A program made the position numbers and the translations under genes. A DNA stretch of 62,660 nt from Octopus bimaculoides (taxonomy: Eukaryota), in contig NC_068982.1 of the NCBI RefSeq assembly GCF_001194135.2, positions 60,751,993 through 60,814,652 of the forward strand. The letters are read 5' to 3'. Positions 26,091-37,881 of this stretch are shown here, in pieces. Under the pieces are notes generated by a model. It saw only the letters and a program-made list of their open reading frames with translations. It was not told where the DNA came from and made no database searches. Position 1 is the stretch's first letter. Every line of letters begins with the position of its first letter.

Positions 26091-26764
26091 ACATATGTAA
26101 GTGTTCACGTGTGTGTGAGTTTATGTGTTTCAATAACAACCCATCTATCAGACTTAAGCATCATTAGCAAGAGAATCGTTGATAAATTAATGCCAAAAAT
26201 AAAAACACACTCAATATTACCCACCTGGAGTAACAGCTATATAGTAATCAATTGATTTAATATAATCCCAAACGAAAATAAGTTCCATTTCTTTCTGTTC
26301 AACATCTCAAAACCAATACTTATGGCCACTTTTGAACTTTACCAAAACTATAACAAAACCCAAAGACACTGAAATGAAAATTATACTAGAGGCCAGAAAA
26401 TTCCTTCTATTTCACAATACACACTATAGAACCATTTGATACTAGTATGGGATCAAAGAACTCTGCAGTGTTAAGTGACATCACCAGCCAGTATATATTA
26501 TTAGCACTACACATAAAATTCCCTTTTTTTCAAATAGTCTCTACAGCAACAAAAGCTTACATTGACTAAAAAGGTTCAACCCACAAAAAAAAGAAAAAAT
26601 TAATAAATAAACAAGTTTAAGCAAGAATTACCCTTCTTCAAAAAGCTAAGGTCTTCCATTACAGTAGCCACACATCTTAAAGCAGTTAACTTTCACCCTA
26701 AACTCAGTATATAAATATATATATATTTATGATCACATGGAGCAGATGAAGCCATTTTGTTGTG

Positions 26765-26893
26765 GCAAAAGAGACCGACAGAATAAGTACTAGGCTTACA
26801 AAGAATAAGTCCTGGGGTCGATTAGCTCGACTAAAGGTGGTGTTCCAGCATGGCCACAGTCAAATGACTCAAACAAGTAAAAGAGTAAAAGAG

Positions 26894-26920
<27 letters not shown>
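26765..26920 (+). mobile_element. 5'-truncated SINE-A tail plus (TA)n
   Basis: gcaaaagagaccgacagaataagtactagg...gtaaaagagtaaaagag. Confidence 0.9.
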
Positions 26921-26925
<5 letters not shown>

Positions 26926-26927
<2 letters not shown>

Positions 26928-26987
26928 AGATGAGCGTGGCCTTTGCCAGTACCGCCTGACTGGCCTTCGTGCAGGTGACACGTAAAA
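26926..26987 (+). mobile_element. Start of a young family C element running into the gap
   Basis: ttgccagtaccgcctgactggccttcgtgcaggtgacacgtaaaa. Confidence 0.75.
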
Positions 26988-27561
26988 NNNNNNNNNNNNN
27001 NNNNNNNNNNNNNNNNNNNNNNNNNNNNNNNNNNNNNNNNNNNNNNNNNNNNNNNNNNNNNNNNNNNNNNNNNNNNNNNNNNNNNNNNNNNNNNNNNNNN
27101 NNNNNNNNNNNNNNNNNNNNNNNNNNNNNNNNNNNNNNNNNNNNNNNNNNNNNNNNNNNNNNNNNNNNNNNNNNNNNNNNNNNNNNNNNNNNNNNNNNNN
27201 NNNNNNNNNNNNNNNNNNNNNNNNNNNNNNNNNNNNNNNNNNNNNNNNNNNNNNNNNNNNNNNNNNNNNNNNNNNNNNNNNNNNNNNNNNNNNNNNNNNN
27301 NNNNNNNNNNNNNNNNNNNNNNNNNNNNNNNNNNNNNNNNNNNNNNNNNNNNNNNNNNNNNNNNNNNNNNNNNNNNNNNNNNNNNNNNNNNNNNNNNNNN
27401 NNNNNNNNNNNNNNNNNNNNNNNNNNNNNNNNNNNNNNNNNNNNNNNNNNNNNNNNNNNNNNNNNNNNNNNNNNNNNNNNNNNNNNNNNNNNNNNNNNNN
27501 NNNNNNNNNNNNNNNNNNNNNNNNNNNNNNNNNNNNNNNNNNNNNNNNNNNNNNNNNNNNN
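26988..27561. other. Assembly gap (574 N)
   Basis: N run. Confidence 1.
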
Positions 27562-27595
<34 letters not shown>

Positions 27596-27629
27596 ATACA
27601 CACACAAAAGAGAGAGGGTGAGAGAGAGA

Positions 27630-28005
27630 GAGAATCCAACCAACCAGCCATTCCAAAAGTATAATTAAAAACCAAGTCAAAAACATATCACTAAGATTTT
27701 CTTTATATTCAAAATGAAAAATTATTCAATGAAAAATGCATCTCCTTATAACAAGGCTCTTTATGATAACAGGTTGCAGGGGGAAAGGAGATTATATAAT
27801 ACCATACCAACAACAGACACAAAGCACAAAAATAAGAAAAAGAAAATTATCCGGTTCAATCCCACATCCAACATACACATCTCCACATCAAAAGCCAGTT
27901 TAGTTTTCAAAATACTTCAAAAACACTTCCACCCCAATGACAACTCGAGCAATGGATCATACTCCCCATCCAACATCCATGCATCCATCCATTATTCCTG
28001 AGATG
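27630..28005 (+). pseudogene. Penelope-like element (PLE) remnant, RT thumb/linker
   Basis: NASPYNKAL..KHKNKKKKIIRFNP..FKILQKHFHPN..SYS resembles the PLE motif AAPxYNxAL..RKRNIIWFNPP..FLxLIDKHFP..SYS. Confidence 0.75.
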
Positions 28006-28490
28006 ATTGTGGGAGTAGAATCCTTAGGCACTTCTTCCATAGGGTCCTATCAGAAACAACTGTCATTACACTTTCCTACCAGATTCCAAAGTGTGACCAA
28101 CTAAGACTATGGATATTATTCAACCATCACGATCTCACTGTAGATCTCTGGATGGTTGGCTCAGCTTGAAGAATCTGTCTTGAGATCCTCTCCTGTGACA
28201 TTCTAACCACGTTTGTAGCACTGAATCTGAGACCTCTAATTATGGAGAAGTAGTGACTCAAACTGGAGAAACTGCGTGATCTCAGACCTACTTACTCTGT
28301 GGAGTAACATTTCTCCTGTGATCCTTTAGAGGAACACCATTTTGGCTGCTTGTATTCACGATCATATTCTTTTGGTTATTATTCAACATACATGACCATA
28401 GGTAAGGAGAGGCAAGAAAACTGAACTGAAGGTAGAAACTTTGACTTTTTTACCAACTGCTCCTCTTCTGAAGATCCAATGGTTCTGCTT
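28005..28490 (-). pseudogene. RTE LINE 3' remnant (Expander/Rex3-like)
   Basis: FSSVFLPLLTYGH..IQAAKMVFL.RI...WLNNIHSLSWSHFGI...SDRTLWKKCLRILLP. Confidence 0.7.
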
Positions 28491-29432
28491 CCCATTCACA
28501 ACTACGATCTCACTTGGCTTGATGGGTCTTCTCAAGCACAGCATATCGCCAAAGGTCTCAGTCACTTGTCATTACCTCCATGAGGCCCAATATTCGAAGA
28601 TCATACTTTACTATCTTATCTCATGTCTTCCTGAATCTACCTCTTCCAAAAGTTCCCCCTACCATTGGAGTGTGGCACTTCTTTACACAGCTGTCCTCAT
28701 CCATATGCATCATATAACCATATCAGTGCAGTCGTCTCTCTTGCACATCACATCTGATCCCTCATGCCCAGCTTTTCTCTCAAGACGTTTACACTCTGTC
28801 ATACATGCTCACTGACATTGCATATCTAGCAAAGCACACTAGTTCCATGTCTTACAAGCCTATGCATGTCCTCAGTGGTCATAGCCCATGTTTCACAGCC
28901 ATGTAGCTGTTTGCACGGAGGTGTCATTCAATCTGCCTTTCATTCTGAGAGAGAGGCCCTTTGTTACCCGCAGGAGTAATAGCTCTCTGAACTTTGCCCT
29001 GCCTATTCTTATTCTAGCAGCTACACTCTCAGTGCATTCCCCTCCCCCTGCTACTGACTTGGTCACCTTGGCAATGGAAGCTATTGACTAGTTCTAGTTG
29101 CCCCCTTGGTATTTGGAGTCTATTTTCTGTACATTTTTAGTGTTAATTGTGGTTGTATGCCTACTACACACAAAAACTATTTTCTTTGTTAACCTTCCTC
29201 TGATATTGCTGCACTTCTTATGTGTCCATAGCTTGCACCAGGTACATCTTATAGAGTTTCTACTTACGCCTTTTCTACAGATCAAACACGGCCATCTACC
29301 TGAACAGATTTGTGAGTTATCTGCCTTCCTACATACTAAGATTTTGTTTTTTGCTAGATTAACTCTTAAGCCCTTTGATTCTAGACCTTGATTCCATGTC
29401 TGAAATTTCTTCTCTAGTTCTGGTGGTGATTC
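28490..29432 (-). pseudogene. RTE LINE remnant (octopus-type with Cys-rich insert), 5'-truncated just after the YADD motif
   Basis: IAESPPELEKKFQTWNQGLESKGLRVNLAKNK..WPCLICRKGVSRNSIRCTWCKLWTHKKC..ECTESVAARIRIG.AKFREL..VQERRLH*YG.MM.MDEDSCVKKC. Confidence 0.92.
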
Positions 29433-29464
29433 AGCTATATTTGTGTGTGTGTGTGTGTGTGTGT

Positions 29465-30118
29465 GTCTTTTTCTTGTTTCATTCATTAGACTACAGCCAT
29501 GCTGGGGTACCACCTTCAAGAATTTTAGTTAAATGAAATGACCCCAGTCCTTATTTATTTTAAGATTAATATTCATTATATTGGTCACTTTTGCTGAACT
29601 GCTGCATTGTTATGATACAAACACACCAACACTGGTTGTCAAGCAGTTAAGGTGGGGACAAAAAACATACACAAAGACACACACACGCACACACACACAT
29701 ATTGGTTTGGTACATAATTATTGCGACTTTTTTCAATAAATTTTATTCAACAAAAACAATAACATGTAACAAAAGCATCTTTAAATGATTATTCCAGAGC
29801 ATATTCACCATCTACTTCAATTACTGCTTCCCATTTGCTTGGCAGACAGTCAGATCGGCATTTAAAGATGTTTTTGTTAAATATTGTCATCGTTTTTGTT
29901 GAATAAAATTTGTTGAAAAAAAGCCACAATAATTATGCTCCAGCCCAATATATATACAACAGGTTTCTTTCTGTTTTCATCTACCAAATTGCCTCACAAG
30001 GCTTTGGTCGGCTCAACGTTGTAGCAGGAGACACTTGCCCAAGGTGTCATATAGTGAGACTGAATCTAGACCATGAGATTGAGAAGTAAGATTCTTACCA
30101 CACAGCCATGCCTGCACC
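29465..30118 (-). mobile_element. SINE family A split by a mariner-derived MITE
   Basis: Tail at 29465-29700 and head at 29951-30118 (caaggctttggtcgg...cacacagccatgcctgcacc). Confidence 0.85.
29702..29948 (-). mobile_element. Mariner-derived MITE, 247 bp, TA TSD, ~86-90-bp inverted arms
   Basis: TA|ttggtttggtacataattattgcg...gccacaataattatgctccagcccaa|TA. The 71-bp core encodes LPSKWEAVIEVDGEYALE*, a mariner transposase C-terminus. Confidence 0.9.
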
Positions 30119-30281
30119 TATGTGTGTGTGTGTATGTGTGTGCCTGTATATATATAAATAGATATAAAGATTGAGAGAAGGAAAGGAGTGAGTAAGAGAA
30201 AAGAAAGAAAGATAGATAGATAGGTAGATAGATAGATAGACAGATGTACATATATACCTTTGCATGCTCTTTCACTCACTC

Positions 30282-30291
30282 NNNNNNNNNN
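30282..30291. other. Assembly gap (10 N)
   Basis: N run. Confidence 1.
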
Positions 30292-31582
30292 GAGTCTGTC
30301 ACAGGTGCAACTCTATGATTAAGCGTCTGTTGATACTGACATTTGTAGTAACTTTATAATCTCCTAACATCGTCATTTTTTTCCCCCCTCTTTTAAGCAT
30401 TGATTTGAAAATCTTGAAGTATGTTATTTCTATATACTCACTGACAAATAGATCTCTGAACTTTATTCTAACCCTTTTTGTTATTATACTTCTAATGAAA
30501 CACTGCCCATATGTTTCAATGAAGTTTGAAAATATTCAAGAATCTGAAAGTGTTTAGTGATATAGCTAACTTTGCCTCTATTAATATGGTATTTGGAACA
30601 TAACATAGTAAAGGGTTCTCAAATAGATTTATAATAATTAAAATATTTTAAAATTCATTCTAGAATAATTCAGAAAAATATAAATTTTCACCAGCTGTAT
30701 AAATCCACAGCTCTGTGATCTGTAACTAGTTTGATAAGTGCCAATGCACAAAACTCTAGGCTCTTGAGTCACTCTGTTACTCCTAAACATTAATAAAAAT
30801 ATACGTGCTCACAGTTTGAGTTCCATTTTTCCTGTTTGCATCACCATACCTGTAATAATTAGAATATAAGACTTTAAACCAGATGAGTTTATATTATAGA
30901 TCAAAGGGTTCTAATATGTATATTGACACACTATCACAGAGATCCAGTCAGGTAATTTTATTAACATTCATTCATACAGATCTGAATCAACCATAGCTGC
31001 AGTTCTAAATGATCAACCCAAAATGGTACTATAGAGTTGTTAGCATATACATGCAGAGTTACATATATGAATAAAACAGATAAGAGAAGTAAGGTGAGAG
31101 AACAGATATTTGTTCCATTTGTTTACAGCTGTTTCATAATCTTGTTAGTGCATTATCATTCACAAATATATAAGATATACATATAAATATATATGTACAC
31201 ACATATATATAGTGTGCTGAAAAATTTAACTTACAGACTAATCTTCAGAATGATTCATGGCAGTTCAAAACATCATGTCTATCAAAGAAAAAAAAGATGA
31301 CCCAACACAGACAATAAATGTATTCAGCAGGTTACCATATATGGTTTGATTTAAGGAAGCAATACCCATAGATCAATATAAATTCAGGGAAAGAAGCAGT
31401 AGATAACTACAATAAAATAAAAAAAATAATAAAAATATCAAAGAAAAAACACAAAAGAGTCAAAGAATAAGAAAAAATATAAATGTAAATAAGAAAAAAT
31501 AGGTTTACCAAAGAATTGGCTTCTAAAGGAGATATGCTTACTAAAATAGATCTATTTTCTTTTACACACACACACACGCATA

Positions 31583-31597
31583 TTGATAGATAGATAA

Positions 31598-31690
<93 letters not shown>
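31583..31690. repeat. (GATA)n(GACA)n(GATA)n compound microsatellite
   Basis: Direct reading. Confidence 0.95.
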
Positions 31691-32134
31691 AAATGACAGG
31701 ATCTAATGAAAGACCTATTTCAACAATCACCTGAAAAGGCACATATTGCATCTTGGATGCATGATAAAGATTACCCAACATTTCACTGATGTACCCGGAT
31801 GTAAAAATGAGTCAAAACAATTCTCATAGCTTTAATATTGTTATTATTCCCTTTTCTATAATTTATCTAATTATATAAACTTTATGGATACTATGGAATT
31901 CCTATATATCCAGTAGCAGGAGCATTTCCACTGTATGATGACATCAGGTAGTCAGTAACTGTGGACAAGCTTTGCATGGCATTCTACAAGATTTTACCTG
32001 AATCTTATAAAATATCACAACCCAAAATAAAATAGTACTCAAATACTAGAGTTAGAGTAATAAAACATATTACTCTACCTCCAGTATTTGAGTACTATTT
32101 TTTCCACCTTGTTTCATATTTATGTGCTTACTGT

Positions 32135-32176
<42 letters not shown>

Positions 32177-32516
32177 NNNNNNNNNNNNNNNNNNNNNNNN
32201 NNNNNNNNNNNNNNNNNNNNNNNNNNNNNNNNNNNNNNNNNNNNNNNNNNNNNNNNNNNNNNNNNNNNNNNNNNNNNNNNNNNNNNNNNNNNNNNNNNNN
32301 NNNNNNNNNNNNNNNNNNNNNNNNNNNNNNNNNNNNNNNNNNNNNNNNNNNNNNNNNNNNNNNNNNNNNNNNNNNNNNNNNNNNNNNNNNNNNNNNNNNN
32401 NNNNNNNNNNNNNNNNNNNNNNNNNNNNNNNNNNNNNNNNNNNNNNNNNNNNNNNNNNNNNNNNNNNNNNNNNNNNNNNNNNNNNNNNNNNNNNNNNNNN
32501 NNNNNNNNNNNNNNNN
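32177..32516. other. Assembly gap (340 N) between (TA)n and (CA)n
   Basis: N run. Confidence 1.
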
Positions 32517-32581
<65 letters not shown>

Positions 32582-32789
32582 ACACACATGCACGTATATA
32601 TATGTGGATGTGTGTAAATATATATGCATATGTATATGAATATATATGAACTAATATATTAAATTTGATGCTTATTTAAATCAGACCATTCAACCAGTGA
32701 AACAGTCTGGCCTCAAATGGAGTTTTTTTGTGAGAAATAAAAATAAGGTGCTTAAAATGTTTTGCTATTTTTTAAAAATTCTTTTACTA

Positions 32790-33150
32790 TTTTCAGCAAT
32801 TGGACTCTGGCCATGCTACATTACTACCTTCAAAGATTTTAGTTGAACATAATGATCCTGGTCCTGGTTTCAGCCAGGTATCAATATATTATCAATCTCT
32901 TTTTATTGAATTGCGAAGTTTATAAGTAAAAAAAAAAAAATGGGCACAACTTGTTTTGGGATTGGTGGAAGGATAGCTACACACGCACACACACACACAC
33001 GACAATTTTCTGCACATTTTCTATCAATCACATTCTACTCTAAAGTTATTAGTCAACCCAATGCTTTAGTGGAAGATATATGCTGAAAGTGACTGCTACA
33101 CAGTGGGATTGAACTGGAAATATAAATGATTAAAAACAGAATAAACTTTT
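32790..33150 (-). mobile_element. SINE family A, old degraded copy
   Basis: ggccatgctacattactaccttcaaagattttagttgaac...cacagtgggattgaactgg. Confidence 0.6.
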
Positions 33151-34165
33151 AAACTATCTACATATGCTATCATAGTATATATGTAATCATTTTTAAAACT
33201 TTTGTTGGAGCTTCTAAGCATCTCTCAAAATTAATTGTTTTGCTTTTAATTAACTATTTTATTTTTAAATAACATGATTTAAAATGATTTTTTAAATATT
33301 TTTATCTGCACTCTTTCTTATTATTACTCTTTCTTTTTTTCTCTAAGAAAGAAAAGAAAGACAGATTCTATATAAAGCATCTTATTTTAGTAACAGGTTC
33401 ACTCACAAGACTGGTTTTTAATTTCTTACTTGTCACTAATAATATGCAGCATTGTCTGGAGTTGTTCCTAGTTTAGATTATATGCTACTGAAACAAGTTG
33501 CACCTAATAATTTGTATATAAATACCATTAAAGTGAATGGATAATTCTATGAGACAAAAGTTAGGTTAATTTTTCTTTTTTTTTCTTCTTTTCTAATGTT
33601 ACTTATTTTTCGCAAAATAGTTGTTGAATATTAAGAAAGAAGTAAATATCAACTGAGAGATTTTTAACAGGTCTCTAAAGGAAATAAGCACAATTATTTC
33701 CTCAATGAAGAGACACATCAGTTGCAATATCAGGACAAGCATAAACGATGGAGCCAGTATGACTGAAAAGGTCAACAGAGACTTTGAATCAATGCAAGGT
33801 AGAGTTTAAGCATTTCGTTGAGTGCTTTATTTTAAGATTCTAGCATTTTAGATAAAGCACACAGTGCAGTTACTATTAACAGAAATAATAATGTCTGTTT
33901 ATGTAATTCTGGCTTGACAAGATGCTATTTGGTCGGAACTGACTACTAAGGACTTGATAGCACCATTTTGGCTTGATCTTTTAGGGCAGCAGCTATGGTT
34001 AACTCTAGCAGCTCAGCATGAAGTTGATGCATTTTAAAAGCAATAGTGTAATCAACTGACAATCAGTAATTATATCTTATCTTTTGCTTTTGTTTTGCTT
34101 CAACTTACATATATACATACACACACACACACACATACATACATACATACATACATACATACATA

Positions 34166-35035
34166 NNNNNNNNNNNNNNNNNNNNNNNNNNNNNNNNNNN
34201 NNNNNNNNNNNNNNNNNNNNNNNNNNNNNNNNNNNNNNNNNNNNNNNNNNNNNNNNNNNNNNNNNNNNNNNNNNNNNNNNNNNNNNNNNNNNNNNNNNNN
34301 NNNNNNNNNNNNNNNNNNNNNNNNNNNNNNNNNNNNNNNNNNNNNNNNNNNNNNNNNNNNNNNNNNNNNNNNNNNNNNNNNNNNNNNNNNNNNNNNNNNN
34401 NNNNNNNNNNNNNNNNNNNNNNNNNNNNNNNNNNNNNNNNNNNNNNNNNNNNNNNNNNNNNNNNNNNNNNNNNNNNNNNNNNNNNNNNNNNNNNNNNNNN
34501 NNNNNNNNNNNNNNNNNNNNNNNNNNNNNNNNNNNNNNNNNNNNNNNNNNNNNNNNNNNNNNNNNNNNNNNNNNNNNNNNNNNNNNNNNNNNNNNNNNNN
34601 NNNNNNNNNNNNNNNNNNNNNNNNNNNNNNNNNNNNNNNNNNNNNNNNNNNNNNNNNNNNNNNNNNNNNNNNNNNNNNNNNNNNNNNNNNNNNNNNNNNN
34701 NNNNNNNNNNNNNNNNNNNNNNNNNNNNNNNNNNNNNNNNNNNNNNNNNNNNNNNNNNNNNNNNNNNNNNNNNNNNNNNNNNNNNNNNNNNNNNNNNNNN
34801 NNNNNNNNNNNNNNNNNNNNNNNNNNNNNNNNNNNNNNNNNNNNNNNNNNNNNNNNNNNNNNNNNNNNNNNNNNNNNNNNNNNNNNNNNNNNNNNNNNNN
34901 NNNNNNNNNNNNNNNNNNNNNNNNNNNNNNNNNNNNNNNNNNNNNNNNNNNNNNNNNNNNNNNNNNNNNNNNNNNNNNNNNNNNNNNNNNNNNNNNNNNN
35001 NNNNNNNNNNNNNNNNNNNNNNNNNNNNNNNNNNN
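34166..35035. other. Assembly gap (870 N)
   Basis: N run. Confidence 1.
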
Positions 35036-35036
35036 C

Positions 35037-35067
<31 letters not shown>

Positions 35068-35068
35068 T

Positions 35069-35120
<52 letters not shown>

Positions 35121-35149
35121 GTGTGTGTGCGTGCGTGTGTGTGTCTTTG

Positions 35150-35362
35150 TGTTTGTTCCCCCCCCCACTTCACAGCTTGACAATCAGTGCTGGTGTGTAT
35201 ACATCCCCATAACTTAACAGTTCAGCAAAATAAACCAATTGACAAGTACCAGGCTTAAAAAACAAAAATAAATACTGTGGTCAATTCGTTTGATTAAAAC
35301 TTCTTCAAGGCAGTGCCCCAGCATAGCCACAGTCTAATGGCAGAAATAAGTAAAAGATAAAA
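35150..35362 (+). mobile_element. SINE-A 3' half (head probably in the gap)
   Basis: gcttgacaatcagtgctggtgtg...ccagcatagccacagtctaatgg..aagtaaaagataaaag. Confidence 0.85.
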
Positions 35363-35647
35363 GATAGATTTTAATATTAAATGTCCATGTTCCATGTTAA
35401 CTTGAGTTTGATGGTTTGACAGGATTCAAAAGGCCCAAGCACTGCATGGTTTCTATGACTAGATGCCATTCCTAATGCCAACCACTTTACAATGTGTACT
35501 GGATGCTTTTTTTTCAAGCCACCAGCATTAGTGAGGTTATCATACAGCTCACAAAACTATAAACTCTGAAGGCTGATGGGGTAGGGGAACTTTATGCTTG
35601 GAGACTACAAATGAGTAGAAAGTAATAGAGTAATGGAGTAATGGTCA

Positions 35648-36066
35648 GGCGCAGGAGTGGCTGTGTGGTAAGTAGCTTGCTTACCAACCACACGGTTCTG
35701 GGTTCAGTCCCACTGCATGGCACCTTGGGCAAGTGTCTTCTACTATAGCCTCGAGCTGACCAAAGCCTTGTGAGTGGATTTGGTAGACGGAAACTGAAAG
35801 AAGCTCGTCGTATATATGTATATATATATGTGTGTGTGTGTTTGTGTGTCTGTGTTTGTCCCCCCTAGCATTGCTTGACAACTGATGCTAGTGTGTTTAT
35901 GTCCCCGTCACATAGCAGTTCGGCAAAAGAGACCGATAGAATAAGTACTAGGCTTATAAAGAATAAGTCCCGGGGTCGATTTGCTCGACTAAAGGCGGTG
36001 CTCCAGCATGGCCGCAGTCAAATGACTGAAACAAGTAAAAGAGTAAAAGAGTAAAAGAGTAAAGAG
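35648..36066 (+). mobile_element. SINE family A, young full-length copy, tail (GAGTAAAA)x4
   Basis: ggcgcaggagtggctgtgtggtaag head; clean consensus throughout. Confidence 0.95.
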
Positions 36067-36092
36067 TGCAGAACAGGTTTCTTGCTGTAGAG

Positions 36093-36246
36093 TACAGTGG
36101 TGTGCCATGAGACGATGCTACATGTGCCACGGTGTAACAGGAATATAATTTTTTTCCCTATACTTATATTTTTAGTTCAGGTGTACCACTGAATTTTTGA
36201 AAAGAAAATAAGTGTACCACAAGTGAAAAAAGGTTGCAGAGCACTG
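36093..36246. mobile_element. hAT (Charlie-like) MITE, left end damaged, 8-bp TSD CTGTAGAG
   Basis: ctgtagag at 36085-36092 and 36247-36254; right end aaaaggttgcagagcactg. Confidence 0.65.
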
Positions 36247-36481
36247 CTGTAGAGGAGTGGCATGATAACATTTATTTAGAGGGAGTGGAGTCAAAAAATA
36301 TATTTTCAGTTTGTTGTCAGCAACAACTAAGCTGAATATACTACATAATGTTGACAGTTCAATTAAGGCCACATGCTTTTGGTACCAACCCACCTTAGTC
36401 AGCCCTGGTTCTATCATAGAAATTTCTTACTTTTAAGTGATTTAAATTAAAACTCTCCATCAATATTTCAAAGTAATTTCA

Positions 36482-36597
36482 GATGGTGAGCTGGCAGAAT
36501 CATTAGAACACTGGATGAAATGCTTAGTGGCATTTCATCTGTCTTCACGTTCTGAGTTCAAATTCTGACATGGTCGACTTTGCCTTTCATTCTTTGC
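36482..36597 (+). mobile_element. SINE-B 5' half
   Basis: gatggtgagctggcagaatcattag...ctgagttcaaattc...gactttgcctttcattc. Confidence 0.85.
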
Positions 36598-36599
36598 TT

Positions 36600-36988
36600 A
36601 GCATGAAGAATCCATTTCCCAAACCATATGATTGCAGGTTCAGTCCTACTGCAGAGTACCTTGGGCAAGTGTCTTCTACTATAGCCTTGGCCAATCAAAG
36701 CTTTGTGTGAGGATTTGGAAGACAGAAACTGAAAGAAGCCCGTCATGTGTGTGTGTGTGTGTGTATACATCTATGTGTGTCTTTGTGCCTGTGGTCCCCA
36801 CCCCGCCATACTGCTTGACAACCAGTGTTGGTGTGTCTACATCCCTATATCTTAACAGTTCAGCTAAAGTGACCAATAGAATAAGTACTAGGCTTAAAAA
36901 GAAAGTTCTGGGGTTGATTTGTTCGACTAAAACCGTTCAAGGTGGTGCTCCAGCATAGCCACAGACAACGAACTAAAACAATTAAAAG
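36600..36988 (+). mobile_element. SINE family A
   Basis: ggttcagtcc..ccttgggcaagtgtcttctactatagcc...ggtggtgctccagcatagccacag. Confidence 0.88.
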
Positions 36989-37237
36989 AAAAGGATTAAA
37001 AAAATATGATGGTAGTGCCAGACCTGTGACCTCTCAATATGAAGAAGCAGGCTGTCCTGGAGAGACAGCCTCATCTCTGTGCTATACACCTTACTGAGTA
37101 AGAACCCCATTTTGGCCACTTGCATTTGTGATCATAATCCTTTAGTCATTACTCAATATTCACAACTCATTTATATAGTCAGCTTTAAAACTCAGAAGTA
37201 TGTGTCGCTCATCATTAGGTTGACTTATTGTGCTCTA

Positions 37238-37395
37238 CTGAGTGGTTGTTGTTAGGAAGGGCATCCAGCTAAAACGGACTCTGAAGCTTGAAGCAGTCTT
37301 CTACCTGGCCAGCTCCTGTCAAATCGTCCAACCCATGGCAGCATGGGAGACGGACGTTAAATGATGATGAGGATGATAATGATGATGATGATGAT
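37238..37395 (+). mobile_element. Family C fragment with (GAT)n tail
   Basis: gagtggttgttgttaggaagggcatccagct...caaatcgtccaacccatggcagcatgg. Confidence 0.8.
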
Positions 37396-37788
37396 TTCCC
37401 AACATTTGCAATGTTTCAGCTAATTAAACACTGGACTAGTCAATCCTTAATATTTGTTGAAAGAACAAATTATCACAGCAGTTTGCCTTAAACTGAACTG
37501 AGGATCATTTGAGCATTTGTGTTCATGCAAGAATGATATCGTGTAAATAGAAGATAACACAATGTCAATATACATCAAAGCTATATACAACATCTCTTCA
37601 TACAATGTATTTCTGTTCACACAATCATGGATTAGTGTGCAAGACAAAACATACATTTCTGTTAATTAAAACAATAAAGGGCTAAAATCTAAATTAGACA
37701 TATAATTGAAAATTAGAGTTTGATGCATGTGTGTGTATATGTATGTCCCTTTCTCTCTCTCCTTCTTTCTCTCTCTCTTTTTTGCTCT

Positions 37789-37831
<43 letters not shown>

Positions 37832-37837
37832 CATATA

Positions 37838-37880
<43 letters not shown>

Positions 37881-37881
37881 T

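Larger units (their letters stand above)
35390..36275 (-). mobile_element. Family C module plus RTE-type 3' UTR, interrupted by SINE-A and a hAT MITE
   Basis: gatgccattcctaatgccaaccacttt at 35464; continuation ggtttcttgctgtagag..gag resembles ggaatcttactatagagaag at 40582. Confidence 0.55.

Noticed and set aside
33958-33979. tagcaccattttgg resembles the miR-29 family 5' end
   Set aside because: The rest of the mature sequence differs and the flanks form only ~6 bp of stem, so there is no pre-miRNA hairpin.
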